From a virus (lineage: Duplodnaviria; Caudoviricetes): a DNA stretch of 41,862 nucleotides. The translations under genes and the position numbers were made by a program. Shown in pieces: positions 34,037-41,862 of the stretch (its first letter is position 1; each line of letters starts with the position of its first letter). The DNA lies in IMG/VR virus record IMGVR_UViG_3300031910_000021, positions 1 to 41,862 of that record; one strand, 5' to 3'. Under the pieces are notes generated by a model. It was not told the origin of the DNA. It did no database searches and saw only the letters and a list, made by a program, of their open reading frames with translations.

Positions 34037-34641
34037 GAGCACGGCGGCTCCTGCTATCCAGGCAGCAGGAGCGTAAGGGGACGGCGAGGTTTGGAGGAGT
34101 TCAGAACGCACGTTCTGGTGCGGGTTGGAGCCGCAAGAACGACGGGCGCACCGATGACGAACTCATCGAGTTCAAGCGCACTGACAATCGAAGCTCGATC
34201 ACGCTCCGTTACGACGACCTCCACGCTCTCTGGCTCCACGCAGTGGCAGAGTGCCGCCGCCCTATTCTCGGCTTTGAGCTACGTGGAGAACACTGGGTCA
34301 CACTCCCAGAATCCGACTATCACGAACTGGTTCTTCGTGGACAGGCGGCAGACCCTGCCGGCGATCTACGAGCGGAAATCCCCCGACTGGCTCGCCCACG
34401 CAAAGTGCCACGGTCTACCGGGAAATCTCTTCTACAGCGACCACCAGCACAACAATACCCAGGTGCAGGAAGCACGCAGCGTGTGCCTGGGAACCCATCC
34501 GGACCACCCAGGCCGCTGCCCGGTCCTGGAGGCTTGTCTCGACTACGCCATCGAGAACGGGGAGAGGTGGGGCGTCTGGGGCGGAACCAGCGAAAGGGAA
34601 CGTCGGCGGATAGCACGAGCACGCCGCCAACAGCATCGTGA
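34033..34641 (+). CDS. PD-(D/E)XK Holliday-junction-resolvase-like nuclease
   Basis: QERK.....GG....RSGAGWSRKNDG....LIEFKRT; the C-terminal half is low complexity and overlaps whiB. Confidence 0.7.
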   Translation: MRARRLLLSRQQERKGTARFGGVQNARSGAGWSRKNDGRTDDELIEFKRTDNRSSITLRYDDLHALWLHAVAECRRPILGFELRGEHWVTLPESDYHELVLRGQAADPAGDLRAEIPRLARPRKVPRSTGKSLLQRPPAQQYPGAGSTQRVPGNPSGPPRPLPGPGGLSRLRHRERGEVGRLGRNQRKGTSADSTSTPPTAS

Positions 34642-34882
34642 GGAAGCTCTCCAGGCCGGGGACATCGTCCCGCCGGCCAGTGATCGACCCCAACTTGAGG
34701 GCGCTCCTGGACACGACCAAGAGGCCCACCCGACTCCTTGGGGACGTTCAAAGATTGCTCTTGCAGCCTGGCGGCGAGAACGGGCTGAGAGTCGACGCCT
34801 TGCATCCATCGGAGATCAGCCATTCGGACTGGTGCCCCAGGGCCAGCTACTACCGGCTGTCAGGGCGGGTAGCGCGTGTTGA
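34337..34882 (+). CDS. whiB: Second WhiB-family regulator
   Basis: DWLAHAKC...FY...ARSVC...CPVLEACLDYA...WGVWGGTSERERR. Confidence 0.88.
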   Translation: MDRRQTLPAIYERKSPDWLAHAKCHGLPGNLFYSDHQHNNTQVQEARSVCLGTHPDHPGRCPVLEACLDYAIENGERWGVWGGTSERERRRIARARRQQHREEALQAGDIVPPASDRPQLEGAPGHDQEAHPTPWGRSKIALAAWRRERAESRRLASIGDQPFGLVPQGQLLPAVRAGSAC

Positions 34883-35681
34883 ACAGGCAGGCAGCTACTG
34901 GCAGCTACAGATGGTCTTCGATGAAGGCAACGAGATCCATCGCAAGTGGCAAAAAAGGATCTGGGATCTAGGCCGGCTGGCTGGCACATTTTATTGCCGT
35001 GAGTGCCACTACGCCTTCCCCGCGGTAGCTCCCCAGGAGTGTGAGAAGTGTCATCGACCGCGGCAGTTCCTGGACTACCACGAGGTGCCTCTGTTCAACC
35101 AGAACCTGCACATGGCTGGGCATGCCGATGGGCTGGACACCTGGGACGGCCCCATCATCGAGATCAAGAGCGTGGGCCTGGGGACGCTGCGCTTTGAAGC
35201 GCCCAACCTGATCGCTCAGCACACCTACGACTTCCACATCAACGGAAAATCGAGGAAGTTTCTAGACTACGACGGGCTGTGGGATTCCATCCGGCACCCA
35301 TTCCCCTCACACGTTCGACAAGGTGATTTTTATTGCTACATGAGCCGCAAGTACCACGAGGTGCTCTTCCTGTACGAGTGCAAATGGAACCAGCGCACCA
35401 AGGAGATGATTGTCCAGTACCAGGAAGACCGCATCGCGGATCGACTAGACAAGTGCAGCCGCATCACCATGGCACTCCAGGGGGGCCGTGTTCCACCATG
35501 CCCCTTCAACGGTTGTGCCGATTGCCAACGCTACGAGGAGAAGCATGCAAACTCAGGAGGACGAGTCCTCATCCGTCGGTCGCCGGATCAGCCGCCGGCC
35601 CCCGCTCGATCTCAAGGAAACGCTGGCGAGAATGGTCAACGGCCAGCGCCGCGCCGTCTACACCGATCTGGGGATCGATGA
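34638..35681 (+). CDS. Cas4-like PD-(D/E)XK exonuclease
   Basis: HPSEI..WCPR..YY, GNEIH, GHADG, IEIKS, C-terminal CPFNGCADC; internal CREC..CEKC ribbon. Confidence 0.8.
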   Translation: MRKLSRPGTSSRRPVIDPNLRALLDTTKRPTRLLGDVQRLLLQPGGENGLRVDALHPSEISHSDWCPRASYYRLSGRVARVEQAGSYWQLQMVFDEGNEIHRKWQKRIWDLGRLAGTFYCRECHYAFPAVAPQECEKCHRPRQFLDYHEVPLFNQNLHMAGHADGLDTWDGPIIEIKSVGLGTLRFEAPNLIAQHTYDFHINGKSRKFLDYDGLWDSIRHPFPSHVRQGDFYCYMSRKYHEVLFLYECKWNQRTKEMIVQYQEDRIADRLDKCSRITMALQGGRVPPCPFNGCADCQRYEEKHANSGGRVLIRRSPDQPPAPARSQGNAGENGQRPAPRRLHRSGDR

Positions 35682-36111
35682 ACCTCAGGCCCCAGACCAT
35701 CAGCCTCCCACCCTGGGGACTGACATCGATGACCTCACCGACAAGCAACTCATGGATTTATTCGTCAAGTTCACCCGCTGGTGTGATTATTTTCAGAACC
35801 AGCTAGCCATCGAAGAGATATTTGAGCACCATGCAGAGATGGAAATCCGACGCCTGGAGGGGTTGTACCTCACACGCAATCGTCCTGAAAAAGCGAGCGA
35901 AGCGGTCACCTGGGTGCGGGCGGCGATGGAGACTGACTCCGAGATTCGTTCCGCGAGGGATGCCCTCAGGCTGTACTACGCCAGGCGAAAGCTGAAGCAG
36001 ATGCTCTTTGAGTCAGCCGAGCGGGACGCCGCGGTGGTGAGCCGAGAACTCACTAGGAGGACCGATACCAAGAACCCTGGATACCGTCGAGCAGATCGAG
36101 GAGCGCCATGA
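35545..36111 (+). CDS. Coiled-coil protein, possible UvsY-like recombination mediator
   Basis: GAGGAG RBS; helical; ends VSRELTRR; lies in the recombination cluster. Confidence 0.5.
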   Translation: MQTQEDESSSVGRRISRRPPLDLKETLARMVNGQRRAVYTDLGIDEPQAPDHQPPTLGTDIDDLTDKQLMDLFVKFTRWCDYFQNQLAIEEIFEHHAEMEIRRLEGLYLTRNRPEKASEAVTWVRAAMETDSEIRSARDALRLYYARRKLKQMLFESAERDAAVVSRELTRRTDTKNPGYRRADRGAP

Positions 36112-36281
36112 TCAAGTGTGTAGGCCAGACCAAGAAGGGGCCGTGTACCAACAAGGCCATGTACGTCGTCGGGGAGGAGGAGGTGTGCTTCATCCACCTC
36201 CAGACCTCCCTGAAGGAGCAGCTAGGCACTGACACGGGTATCGCCGCCAGGCAAGTGGTGGTGCGATTGGCGACTCCATGA
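36108..36281 (+). CDS. Small zinc-finger protein
   Basis: C.GQTKKGPC.NKA...CFIH; ATGA coupling. Confidence 0.55.
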   Translation: MIKCVGQTKKGPCTNKAMYVVGEEEVCFIHLQTSLKEQLGTDTGIAARQVVVRLATP

Positions 36282-36583
36282 CCCCGCCACCGAACGCCGA
36301 GAAGGGGGGGGCGTTATCAATGAGCCACGAAGTCGAAGAAGCGGCGCTGCGAATCAAGCGAATCGTTGAGGATGCCCACCAGTTGATGGGAAGAGGCATA
36401 ACGGAGGATGAAACCCGCCAGATATATGGAGTTCTGGACGAGTTGGAGTCCGATGCTGCGCTTTGGATGCTCTGGCAGCAGAGGAACTTGGGTTGCATTA
36501 TCAACGATGAGGGCGAGGTGGGGTGGAGGTCGATCACTCCGTACAGAGCACCCCCTACCGGCAGGTCAGGGATGAAGCCATGA
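36278..36583 (+). CDS. Hypothetical protein
   Basis: ORF in a packed cluster of small genes. Confidence 0.5.
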   Translation: MTPPPNAEKGGALSMSHEVEEAALRIKRIVEDAHQLMGRGITEDETRQIYGVLDELESDAALWMLWQQRNLGCIINDEGEVGWRSITPYRAPPTGRSGMKP

Positions 36584-36853
36584 CCTACTGGTGGCGTCCG
36601 TACATCGGCTGGGGCCGGCGGCAGTTCGTGGTGGGCATCCGCCGCAACCGTCGCGACCGTATCTGTCCTGAGCACCGCTTCATCCGCCTGGAGAATGAAC
36701 TGTGGTGAAAACCTGGGTGGTGGAGGGCAAGATGTTGGGGCGATTTTCCTTTGAGTGTGAGTACTGCGGGTACTGCGGAGGCAACTACGCCACCAGGGAG
36801 ACAGCCCAGGTCTATGCCGACATCCACGCCAAGTACGAAGTCCCCGAGCACCG

Positions 36854-37162
36854 ATGACCGACCTAGTCAATCATCCTCCGCACTACGGCAGCCACCCATC
36901 AGGTGTCGAGTGCATCCGCATCGTGGAGCACTACAACTTCAACGTGGGCAACGCCATCAAGTACCTGTGGCGGGCAGGCCTCAAGGATGGGGTGGACCCG
37001 GTGGAGGATCTGAGGAAGGCAGCCTGGTATGTCAACCGGGAGATCGAGAGGATCAGCGGTGAAGAAGCTAGGGCGGTACCCGATGTGGGAATCGAACGAG
37101 GGGCCACCTCACATGGTGTTCACGACCGACATACGACTGCCTTCAGCGGCCAACGCTCATGA
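36854..37162 (+). CDS. DUF3310 (SaV-like) protein
   Basis: DLVNHPPHY...ECI...FNVGNAIKYLWRAG.K..VEDLRKAAWY. Confidence 0.88.
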   Translation: MTDLVNHPPHYGSHPSGVECIRIVEHYNFNVGNAIKYLWRAGLKDGVDPVEDLRKAAWYVNREIERISGEEARAVPDVGIERGATSHGVHDRHTTAFSGQRS

Positions 37163-37422
37163 GCGACTCATCCGGCGGCACCTGGAAGTCTGCCCCCAGT
37201 GCCGCGAGTGGTCCGACGAACACGGCAATGACTGGGCCAGGTGGTTCTGGGTTGACTCTGACCTTTGACGAGTGGCTGGAGATCGGTATGAAGGAGGGGT
37301 ACTGCTCTAGCCCTGTCTGTAACACTCATGATGGGCTGCCCTCCAGCGAGGAAGAGGACGCTGAGTGGGAAGACGGGGGCGATCCCTGCGTCCCGGCAGT
37401 GAGGTTGTTCTGGCATGACTGA
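37159..37422 (+). CDS. Hypothetical protein
   Basis: TFDEWLEIG...GYCSSPVCNTHDGLP...DPCVPAVRL. Confidence 0.6.
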   Translation: MSDSSGGTWKSAPSAASGPTNTAMTGPGGSGLTLTFDEWLEIGMKEGYCSSPVCNTHDGLPSSEEEDAEWEDGGDPCVPAVRLFWHD

Positions 37423-38008
37423 CATCTACATCGGGATTGATCCTGGATCCAAGAACTGTGCCCTGGTGGCCTGGTCGCCCACCGGGGGCCTGGTGGCGGC
37501 GTGGAAGCCCAAAGGCACCATGCCCAAGGGGGTACTACGCCTGCGCCGGCTGATGACCGAGATCGGCGCAGAGCTAGAGAAGCTGGACACCAGGGGCAAC
37601 TGGATCAAGGGCATCGCCATGGAGGGATACTCGATGGCTGAACGCTACGGCCAACACGCCTCCGGTGAGGTGGGAGCAGCGATCAAGCTAGCCGTGCTGG
37701 GCCAGTTCGCCACCGACGACCGGAGGGCCTACCCGACCCTCGTCACCCCTCAGCAACTCAAGAAGTTCGTCACCGGCAACGGCAACTTCAAAGGCGAGAT
37801 GATGTCCAAGGAGGTGCTGAAGCGGTGGGGCGTCGACTTCCCCAACAACGACCTGGCGGTGGCCTACGGCCTGGCCCGCATAGCTCACGCCGTCGATGCC
37901 GATCCGGAGGGCCTGACCCAGTTCCAGAGGGACGTGGCCGTCGCCCTGGACGGCAGGACCGAGTTCGACCCCACCGCCACCCGCCGGCTGGTCAGGGTGG
38001 GCCGGTAG
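37415..38008 (+). CDS. ruvC: RuvC-like resolvase
   Basis: YIGIDPG, IAMEGY, PQQLKKFVTGNG, AYGLA. Confidence 0.85.
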   Translation: MTDIYIGIDPGSKNCALVAWSPTGGLVAAWKPKGTMPKGVLRLRRLMTEIGAELEKLDTRGNWIKGIAMEGYSMAERYGQHASGEVGAAIKLAVLGQFATDDRRAYPTLVTPQQLKKFVTGNGNFKGEMMSKEVLKRWGVDFPNNDLAVAYGLARIAHAVDADPEGLTQFQRDVAVALDGRTEFDPTATRRLVRVGR

Positions 38009-38014
38009 CCCCGC

Positions 38015-38022
38015 CCTAGGCT
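38015..38022 (+). promoter_or_regulatory. Putative late promoter -10 (CCTAGGCT), leaderless
   Basis: 7 nt before ATG 38030, at the switch from recombination genes to structural genes. Confidence 0.55.
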
Positions 38023-38029
38023 TTCGGGT

Positions 38030-38524
38030 ATGGCAGATCAACGCAGAGTTGGACACAGCGCACGACGCCGCATGGGTGCTTCCTCCAGCCATCTGGGTAT
38101 GGCTGGCGGTCCAGGCGGCTCCTGGAGTCCTCCGTATGCCGGCTCTCCTGGTGGAGAAGCTGCCCTCGCCGGGGCTGAGCAGACAGCCCAGGGCAACGTC
38201 CAGATCCCCATAGCAGGAGGTCGAGTCATGAGTTCAGAAGGACGAGCCAAGGGGGTGCCACCGGAATATCCGACCGCCACCAAGCCTCCCCTGGGTGACA
38301 GCAGCCACTTCGTGGCCGGCGTGGCAGCCGGCGTCCAGGCTGAGCCGCACCCACCCCGAACCCGCGGTGGTCCCGAGATGGCGAACGCCAGGCTCACGGT
38401 ATCCCCCTCCATGAAGGTGCCCCAGGAGTCCCCGGTGCCAACCCAGGGGGGAGGACGGCCCGTGCCCTCGACGCCCTCCCGCCAGGGCAGCTTCGGTGCC
38501 GGCCAGGGGGATGCATTCGGATGA
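38030..38524 (+). CDS. Gly/Pro-rich hypothetical virion protein
   Basis: First gene after the promoter motif. Confidence 0.55.
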   Translation: MADQRRVGHSARRRMGASSSHLGMAGGPGGSWSPPYAGSPGGEAALAGAEQTAQGNVQIPIAGGRVMSSEGRAKGVPPEYPTATKPPLGDSSHFVAGVAAGVQAEPHPPRTRGGPEMANARLTVSPSMKVPQESPVPTQGGGRPVPSTPSRQGSFGAGQGDAFG

Positions 38525-38769
38525 GCGACCGCGGAGTCTTCCAAGGCCCTGCCCCCATGAACACAGGGCAGGGTGAAGGAGGGTACGAGTACGCGGACCA
38601 CGTCCTCAAGGAGCCGCATGGCCCCACCTACGACATGGTCACGTCAGAAAAAGACGCGTCCACCAGGGATCCCCAGGACGCCCATTTTATGGGGCAGCTT
38701 CTGCCGGCAGCCCACTCCCGCTCAGAAGAGGTGCGCTCCTTCTTCAACGCCCAGTCGATCACCGGGTAA
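38521..38769 (+). CDS. Hypothetical protein
   Basis: ATGA coupling. Confidence 0.5.
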   Translation: MSDRGVFQGPAPMNTGQGEGGYEYADHVLKEPHGPTYDMVTSEKDASTRDPQDAHFMGQLLPAAHSRSEEVRSFFNAQSITG

Positions 38770-38772
38770 CCC

Positions 38773-39279
38773 GTGCCCAGGGGCGTCTTCACCCCATGGC
38801 AGTACCTGCCGCCGTATAACTACGGCGCGCCTGGGAACGCCAACACGGTTGGCGGTGGCGGTGGCATCGGGCCGTATTTCCGCGATGCCATGGATGCCAG
38901 GCGGTCTGCCTACAACCAGACGCCAGCCGCTCAGTGGCCCGATGGCTACCTGGGGACCATCAACACCAGGAGACAGGACCGCCTCCTCGACGCCATTAAG
39001 AACCGTGCCAATCAGAGGTCTTATGTCAGGGGGGTCCACAAGGGCGAGCGGATCGATCCGGCTGACTACATGTACCCGCCCACGCTCCAGCCCGAGCGGG
39101 GCATCCAGCGCCAGATGATGACCGCGGTGCCTTTTGACACCATGGTGCTGAACGACCGCGGTGCCCCTCAGCTAGAGCTAGTCCCCCAGTACAGCCCTCG
39201 TGAGCAGGCGATGATGGGGGCCGAGCCAGGTATCGGACGCACCACCCAACTCCGTAAGCTCGCACCCCCCTGGAGGTAA
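38773..39279 (+). CDS. Conserved-looking hypothetical virion protein
   Basis: PDGYLGTI..RRQDRLL...RSYVRGVHKGERID...PPW. Confidence 0.65.
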   Translation: MPRGVFTPWQYLPPYNYGAPGNANTVGGGGGIGPYFRDAMDARRSAYNQTPAAQWPDGYLGTINTRRQDRLLDAIKNRANQRSYVRGVHKGERIDPADYMYPPTLQPERGIQRQMMTAVPFDTMVLNDRGAPQLELVPQYSPREQAMMGAEPGIGRTTQLRKLAPPWR

Positions 39280-39281
39280 CG

Positions 39282-39803
39282 ATGTCCGACTGGTTCTTTC
39301 ACCCGGTAGGAGGTGAAGGAGAGGAAGCAGGAGGTGCCCCCGCCGGGGCCACGCCCAAGGCCCCAGGAGGAGACCAGGCCCCGCCCTTGCATCCTCTGAC
39401 TGGCATGCCCAGTTCCATGCCCCAGGTAGGCGCGACCAGCCCGGTCAATGATCCCAGCCGGAACGTCTACCGCGGCACCCAGTTTGCCCAGACCGGCCTG
39501 GGCCGGTACATGAACCGCAACAACAACGGGATGCAGTTCAACAAGCCGGCGATCATGGGGGCCGTCAGGAACGGTATCCAGATGTACGACGACGCCAAGT
39601 ACTACCGAACACACGGTATGGGAGCGGCGTTACGCACCGTCACCGGCTTGCCTCAGTTGCCATCCCACAGGAACGACGACATCAACTCCAGGTACCGTGC
39701 GAACACCGCCAGCACTCATGGGTCGTACCCCGGTCACATGGAGGCCGATGTTGCTACTCAGGCTGCTCACCCATCCGCCGATCCCAACGACCTTGTCTTC
39801 TGA
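39282..39803 (+). CDS. Hypothetical protein
   Basis: GGAGG RBS; TGATG coupling to the next gene. Confidence 0.55.
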   Translation: MSDWFFHPVGGEGEEAGGAPAGATPKAPGGDQAPPLHPLTGMPSSMPQVGATSPVNDPSRNVYRGTQFAQTGLGRYMNRNNNGMQFNKPAIMGAVRNGIQMYDDAKYYRTHGMGAALRTVTGLPQLPSHRNDDINSRYRANTASTHGSYPGHMEADVATQAAHPSADPNDLVF

Positions 39804-40648
39804 TGGGCAACTTTGACGAGTTCTTTCCGTTCGACCCAGGGTATGGGGCCTCTGCCAACGCGGCCCGGTGGCGGAAGATGGCGCAGCTATGGATGGCGGA
39901 TGGTGTCCTCGCCAACTACCTGAACCAAATGAACGCCAGCATCGCCGGCAGCGTGGTCACGGTGCAGACCGGGGCGGTCTTCATCCATGGGTACTACGCC
40001 GAGCTACAGAACAACCAGACCTTTACAGTGGGTACCAACGGCACCATCGTGGCCCAGGTCAACTTCGCCAACGAGGTCGTGGCCCTGGTCTACCGCGACA
40101 CCGTGGTGGATTACGGGACCGGGGGCTTTGAGCAGGACACCAACATCTGGGAGATCCCCATCTGGGGGGTGAGCGGCGGCACCACCCTCCTCGATTTACG
40201 GAACCTGATCAACCCGGCCACGGGGCTGCGCTGGACAGCCAACCAATCTGGGGCCACCTCTGTCGGCACTAGCTCTACCGCTCAGTTCAGCTTCGGCGTG
40301 GCTCGCATCCCCTACGCGGCTCTGGGATTCCTGCATGGCACCCTGCTCGTCCAGTTCAGTGACATGAGCGTGGCTCAGACCGTGGCCTGCTCACTGACTT
40401 ATCAATGGGGACAGACCGACCAACAGCCCAACCCGATCACAGCAGCCGACACCATCACGCCGGCCAACTCTGCCGGATTCCCTACAGGTTCCAGCATTTC
40501 AATGCCGGTCTCGTTGATGACGCCTGTGCCAGTAACTCAAGGAAAGAAGACGTTCGGATGGAGAGTGACAGCGGGGACAGGACCGGGGATCACGGTGTCA
40601 CAGATGACACTGAGCCTGTGGACGGGGGGCAGGCCCCCGGCAGCGTAG
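39803..40648 (+). CDS. Minor tail/baseplate protein
   Basis: FFPFD...WRKMAQLW..DGV...VTVQTGAVFIHGYY...WEIPIW. Confidence 0.7.
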   Translation: MGNFDEFFPFDPGYGASANAARWRKMAQLWMADGVLANYLNQMNASIAGSVVTVQTGAVFIHGYYAELQNNQTFTVGTNGTIVAQVNFANEVVALVYRDTVVDYGTGGFEQDTNIWEIPIWGVSGGTTLLDLRNLINPATGLRWTANQSGATSVGTSSTAQFSFGVARIPYAALGFLHGTLLVQFSDMSVAQTVACSLTYQWGQTDQQPNPITAADTITPANSAGFPTGSSISMPVSLMTPVPVTQGKKTFGWRVTAGTGPGITVSQMTLSLWTGGRPPAA

Positions 40649-40808
40649 TCACCTATGAGGTCAACGACGAGGGTCAGTTCGTGAACACCGAGACCGGCGA
40701 GGAATATCCCCCTGGGCCGGATCTGGCCCCTCACGAGGAAACCATGCCCGACTGGCTGTGGAGTCAGCATGCCGGCACCACTGAGGATCTCCGACAAGAG
40801 GCTGACCT

Positions 40809-41621
40809 GTGACTCTGCTCGACTCCTACTTTCCATTTGACCAGCCCCCTGGGAATATGGCTACGCCGGCCAACTGGCGACAGATGGCGCGGCTGTTCTA
40901 CGGAAGTGGGGTCGTCCCTGGTAATCAGAACCAGCTAGCCGCCACCATCTCCGGTGGCACGGTGACGATCCAGCCAGGAGCGGTCTGGGTCGACGGGTTC
41001 TTCGGGCAGAGCAACTCCAACAAGACCGTCAGCGGTGTCAGTTCTGGCCTCGTCGTGGCTCGCATGGATCTGACACAGCGGCAGATCTATTTTCTGTACC
41101 TCCCCGGCACGAGCACCCCTGGGCAGAACCCCCTAGCCAACACCTACGACATCCCGCTCTATCAGGTCGCGTCAGCTTCGGCCATGACCGATGTACGCCA
41201 GTGGTGCAATGCTGATCCGACCAAGGTCGCCCGCGGTCGGACACATCGCAACGCGGCCTACAACACCAGCACCACACTCTATCCCTATGGCTTCGACACC
41301 ATCGACTATGGCAGTAACTGGAGCGCGTACACCTTCGTCTGTCCTTACGCTGCGGACTATCTCTGCCTCTCTCAGGTCGGATTTGATGCCAACGCTGCCG
41401 GCCAGTGGTACAACATACGACTCGTACACAACACCACCCTGCAAGCCTGGAGCGGGACTCCCACCTCCACTGGAGGGGCCATCATGGTGGTTCAGATTCA
41501 GGACATCGTGCCGTGCAAAGCCGGCGACACGCTGTATATCCAGCACAACTGCTCCACCAACGGCCTTGCCGGCAGGGTTGGTAGCTACTACGCCTGGTTC
41601 ACGGTGAGGGCGCTGACGTGA
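40809..41621 (+). CDS. Minor tail protein, paralogue of 39803-40648, with C1q-like C-terminus
   Basis: YFPFD...WRQMARLF..GV...VTIQPGAVWVDGFF...YDIPLY; FVCPYAADY...CKAGDTLYI. Confidence 0.7.
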   Translation: MTLLDSYFPFDQPPGNMATPANWRQMARLFYGSGVVPGNQNQLAATISGGTVTIQPGAVWVDGFFGQSNSNKTVSGVSSGLVVARMDLTQRQIYFLYLPGTSTPGQNPLANTYDIPLYQVASASAMTDVRQWCNADPTKVARGRTHRNAAYNTSTTLYPYGFDTIDYGSNWSAYTFVCPYAADYLCLSQVGFDANAAGQWYNIRLVHNTTLQAWSGTPTSTGGAIMVVQIQDIVPCKAGDTLYIQHNCSTNGLAGRVGSYYAWFTVRALT

Positions 41622-41862
41622 CCTTCATAGTCCCGGCCAACTTCCGCCAGCTTCCCCCGGTCTGGGAGATCGCCCAACCATTTCAGATCGACTCCACCGG
41701 GGCCGTCGCCTTCGATGCCGATCCGCGGCGATGGGCCATCAATCACATCCTGGCGATCCTGCTGACCATCCCAGGAGAGCGGGTCATGCGACCTACGTAT
41801 GGCGTCGGCATCTACCGCTTCGTCTTTGAGAACGACGACCCCATCGAAGAGCAGAACATCAT
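41618..41862 (+). CDS. gp25/GPW-like baseplate wedge protein (partial)
   Basis: PFQIDSTGAV...ILLTIPGERVMRPTYGVGI..FVFE. Confidence 0.85.
   Translation, partial: MTFIVPANFRQLPPVWEIAQPFQIDSTGAVAFDADPRRWAINHILAILLTIPGERVMRPTYGVGIYRFVFENDDPIEEQNI

Noticed and set aside
34638-35681. Cas4-like gene as part of a CRISPR adaptation module
   Set aside because: It lies in the RecA/resolvase cluster about 8 kb from the arrays, there is no cas1/cas2, and solo Cas4-like nucleases are common in phages.
1-41862. tRNA genes, integrase or att site
   Set aside because: None recognised by eye; lifestyle cannot be determined from this window.

Overview
About 42 kb of a high-GC actinobacteriophage with a contractile tail (tail sheath at the left edge, gp25-like baseplate gene at the right edge, two WhiB genes). 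It carries head genes (terL, portal, scaffold, N4-gp56-type capsid), neck and fibre genes, a lysis cassette, and a rightward replication/recombination arm (DnaC-like loader, DnaB, primase, SNF2 helicase, SSB, PolA, RecA, Cas4-like nuclease, two resolvases). The standout is 24.1-26.9 kb. There, a ParB-like gene and a stand-alone Cas7/RAMP-like gene are flanked by two non-coding arrays of about 29 units in total, each unit being (NN-RCC)n-GAC, or GTC-(GGY-NN)n on the minus strand. Reading the NN dinucleotides as codon positions 1-2 and skipping the wobble base, several units spell near-copies of conserved motifs of this phage's own SNF2 helicase (DLPWxxGAxAQ) and PolA (FDLLSxAK, PNLQNxP). The phage's own DNA mismatches these guides, partly through alternative Leu/Ser/Arg codons. 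This suggests a gapped-code RNA-guided system aimed at related phages. The essential genes also contain sharply bounded AT-rich synonymous patches at their most conserved motifs. All calls were made by eye, without database searches.
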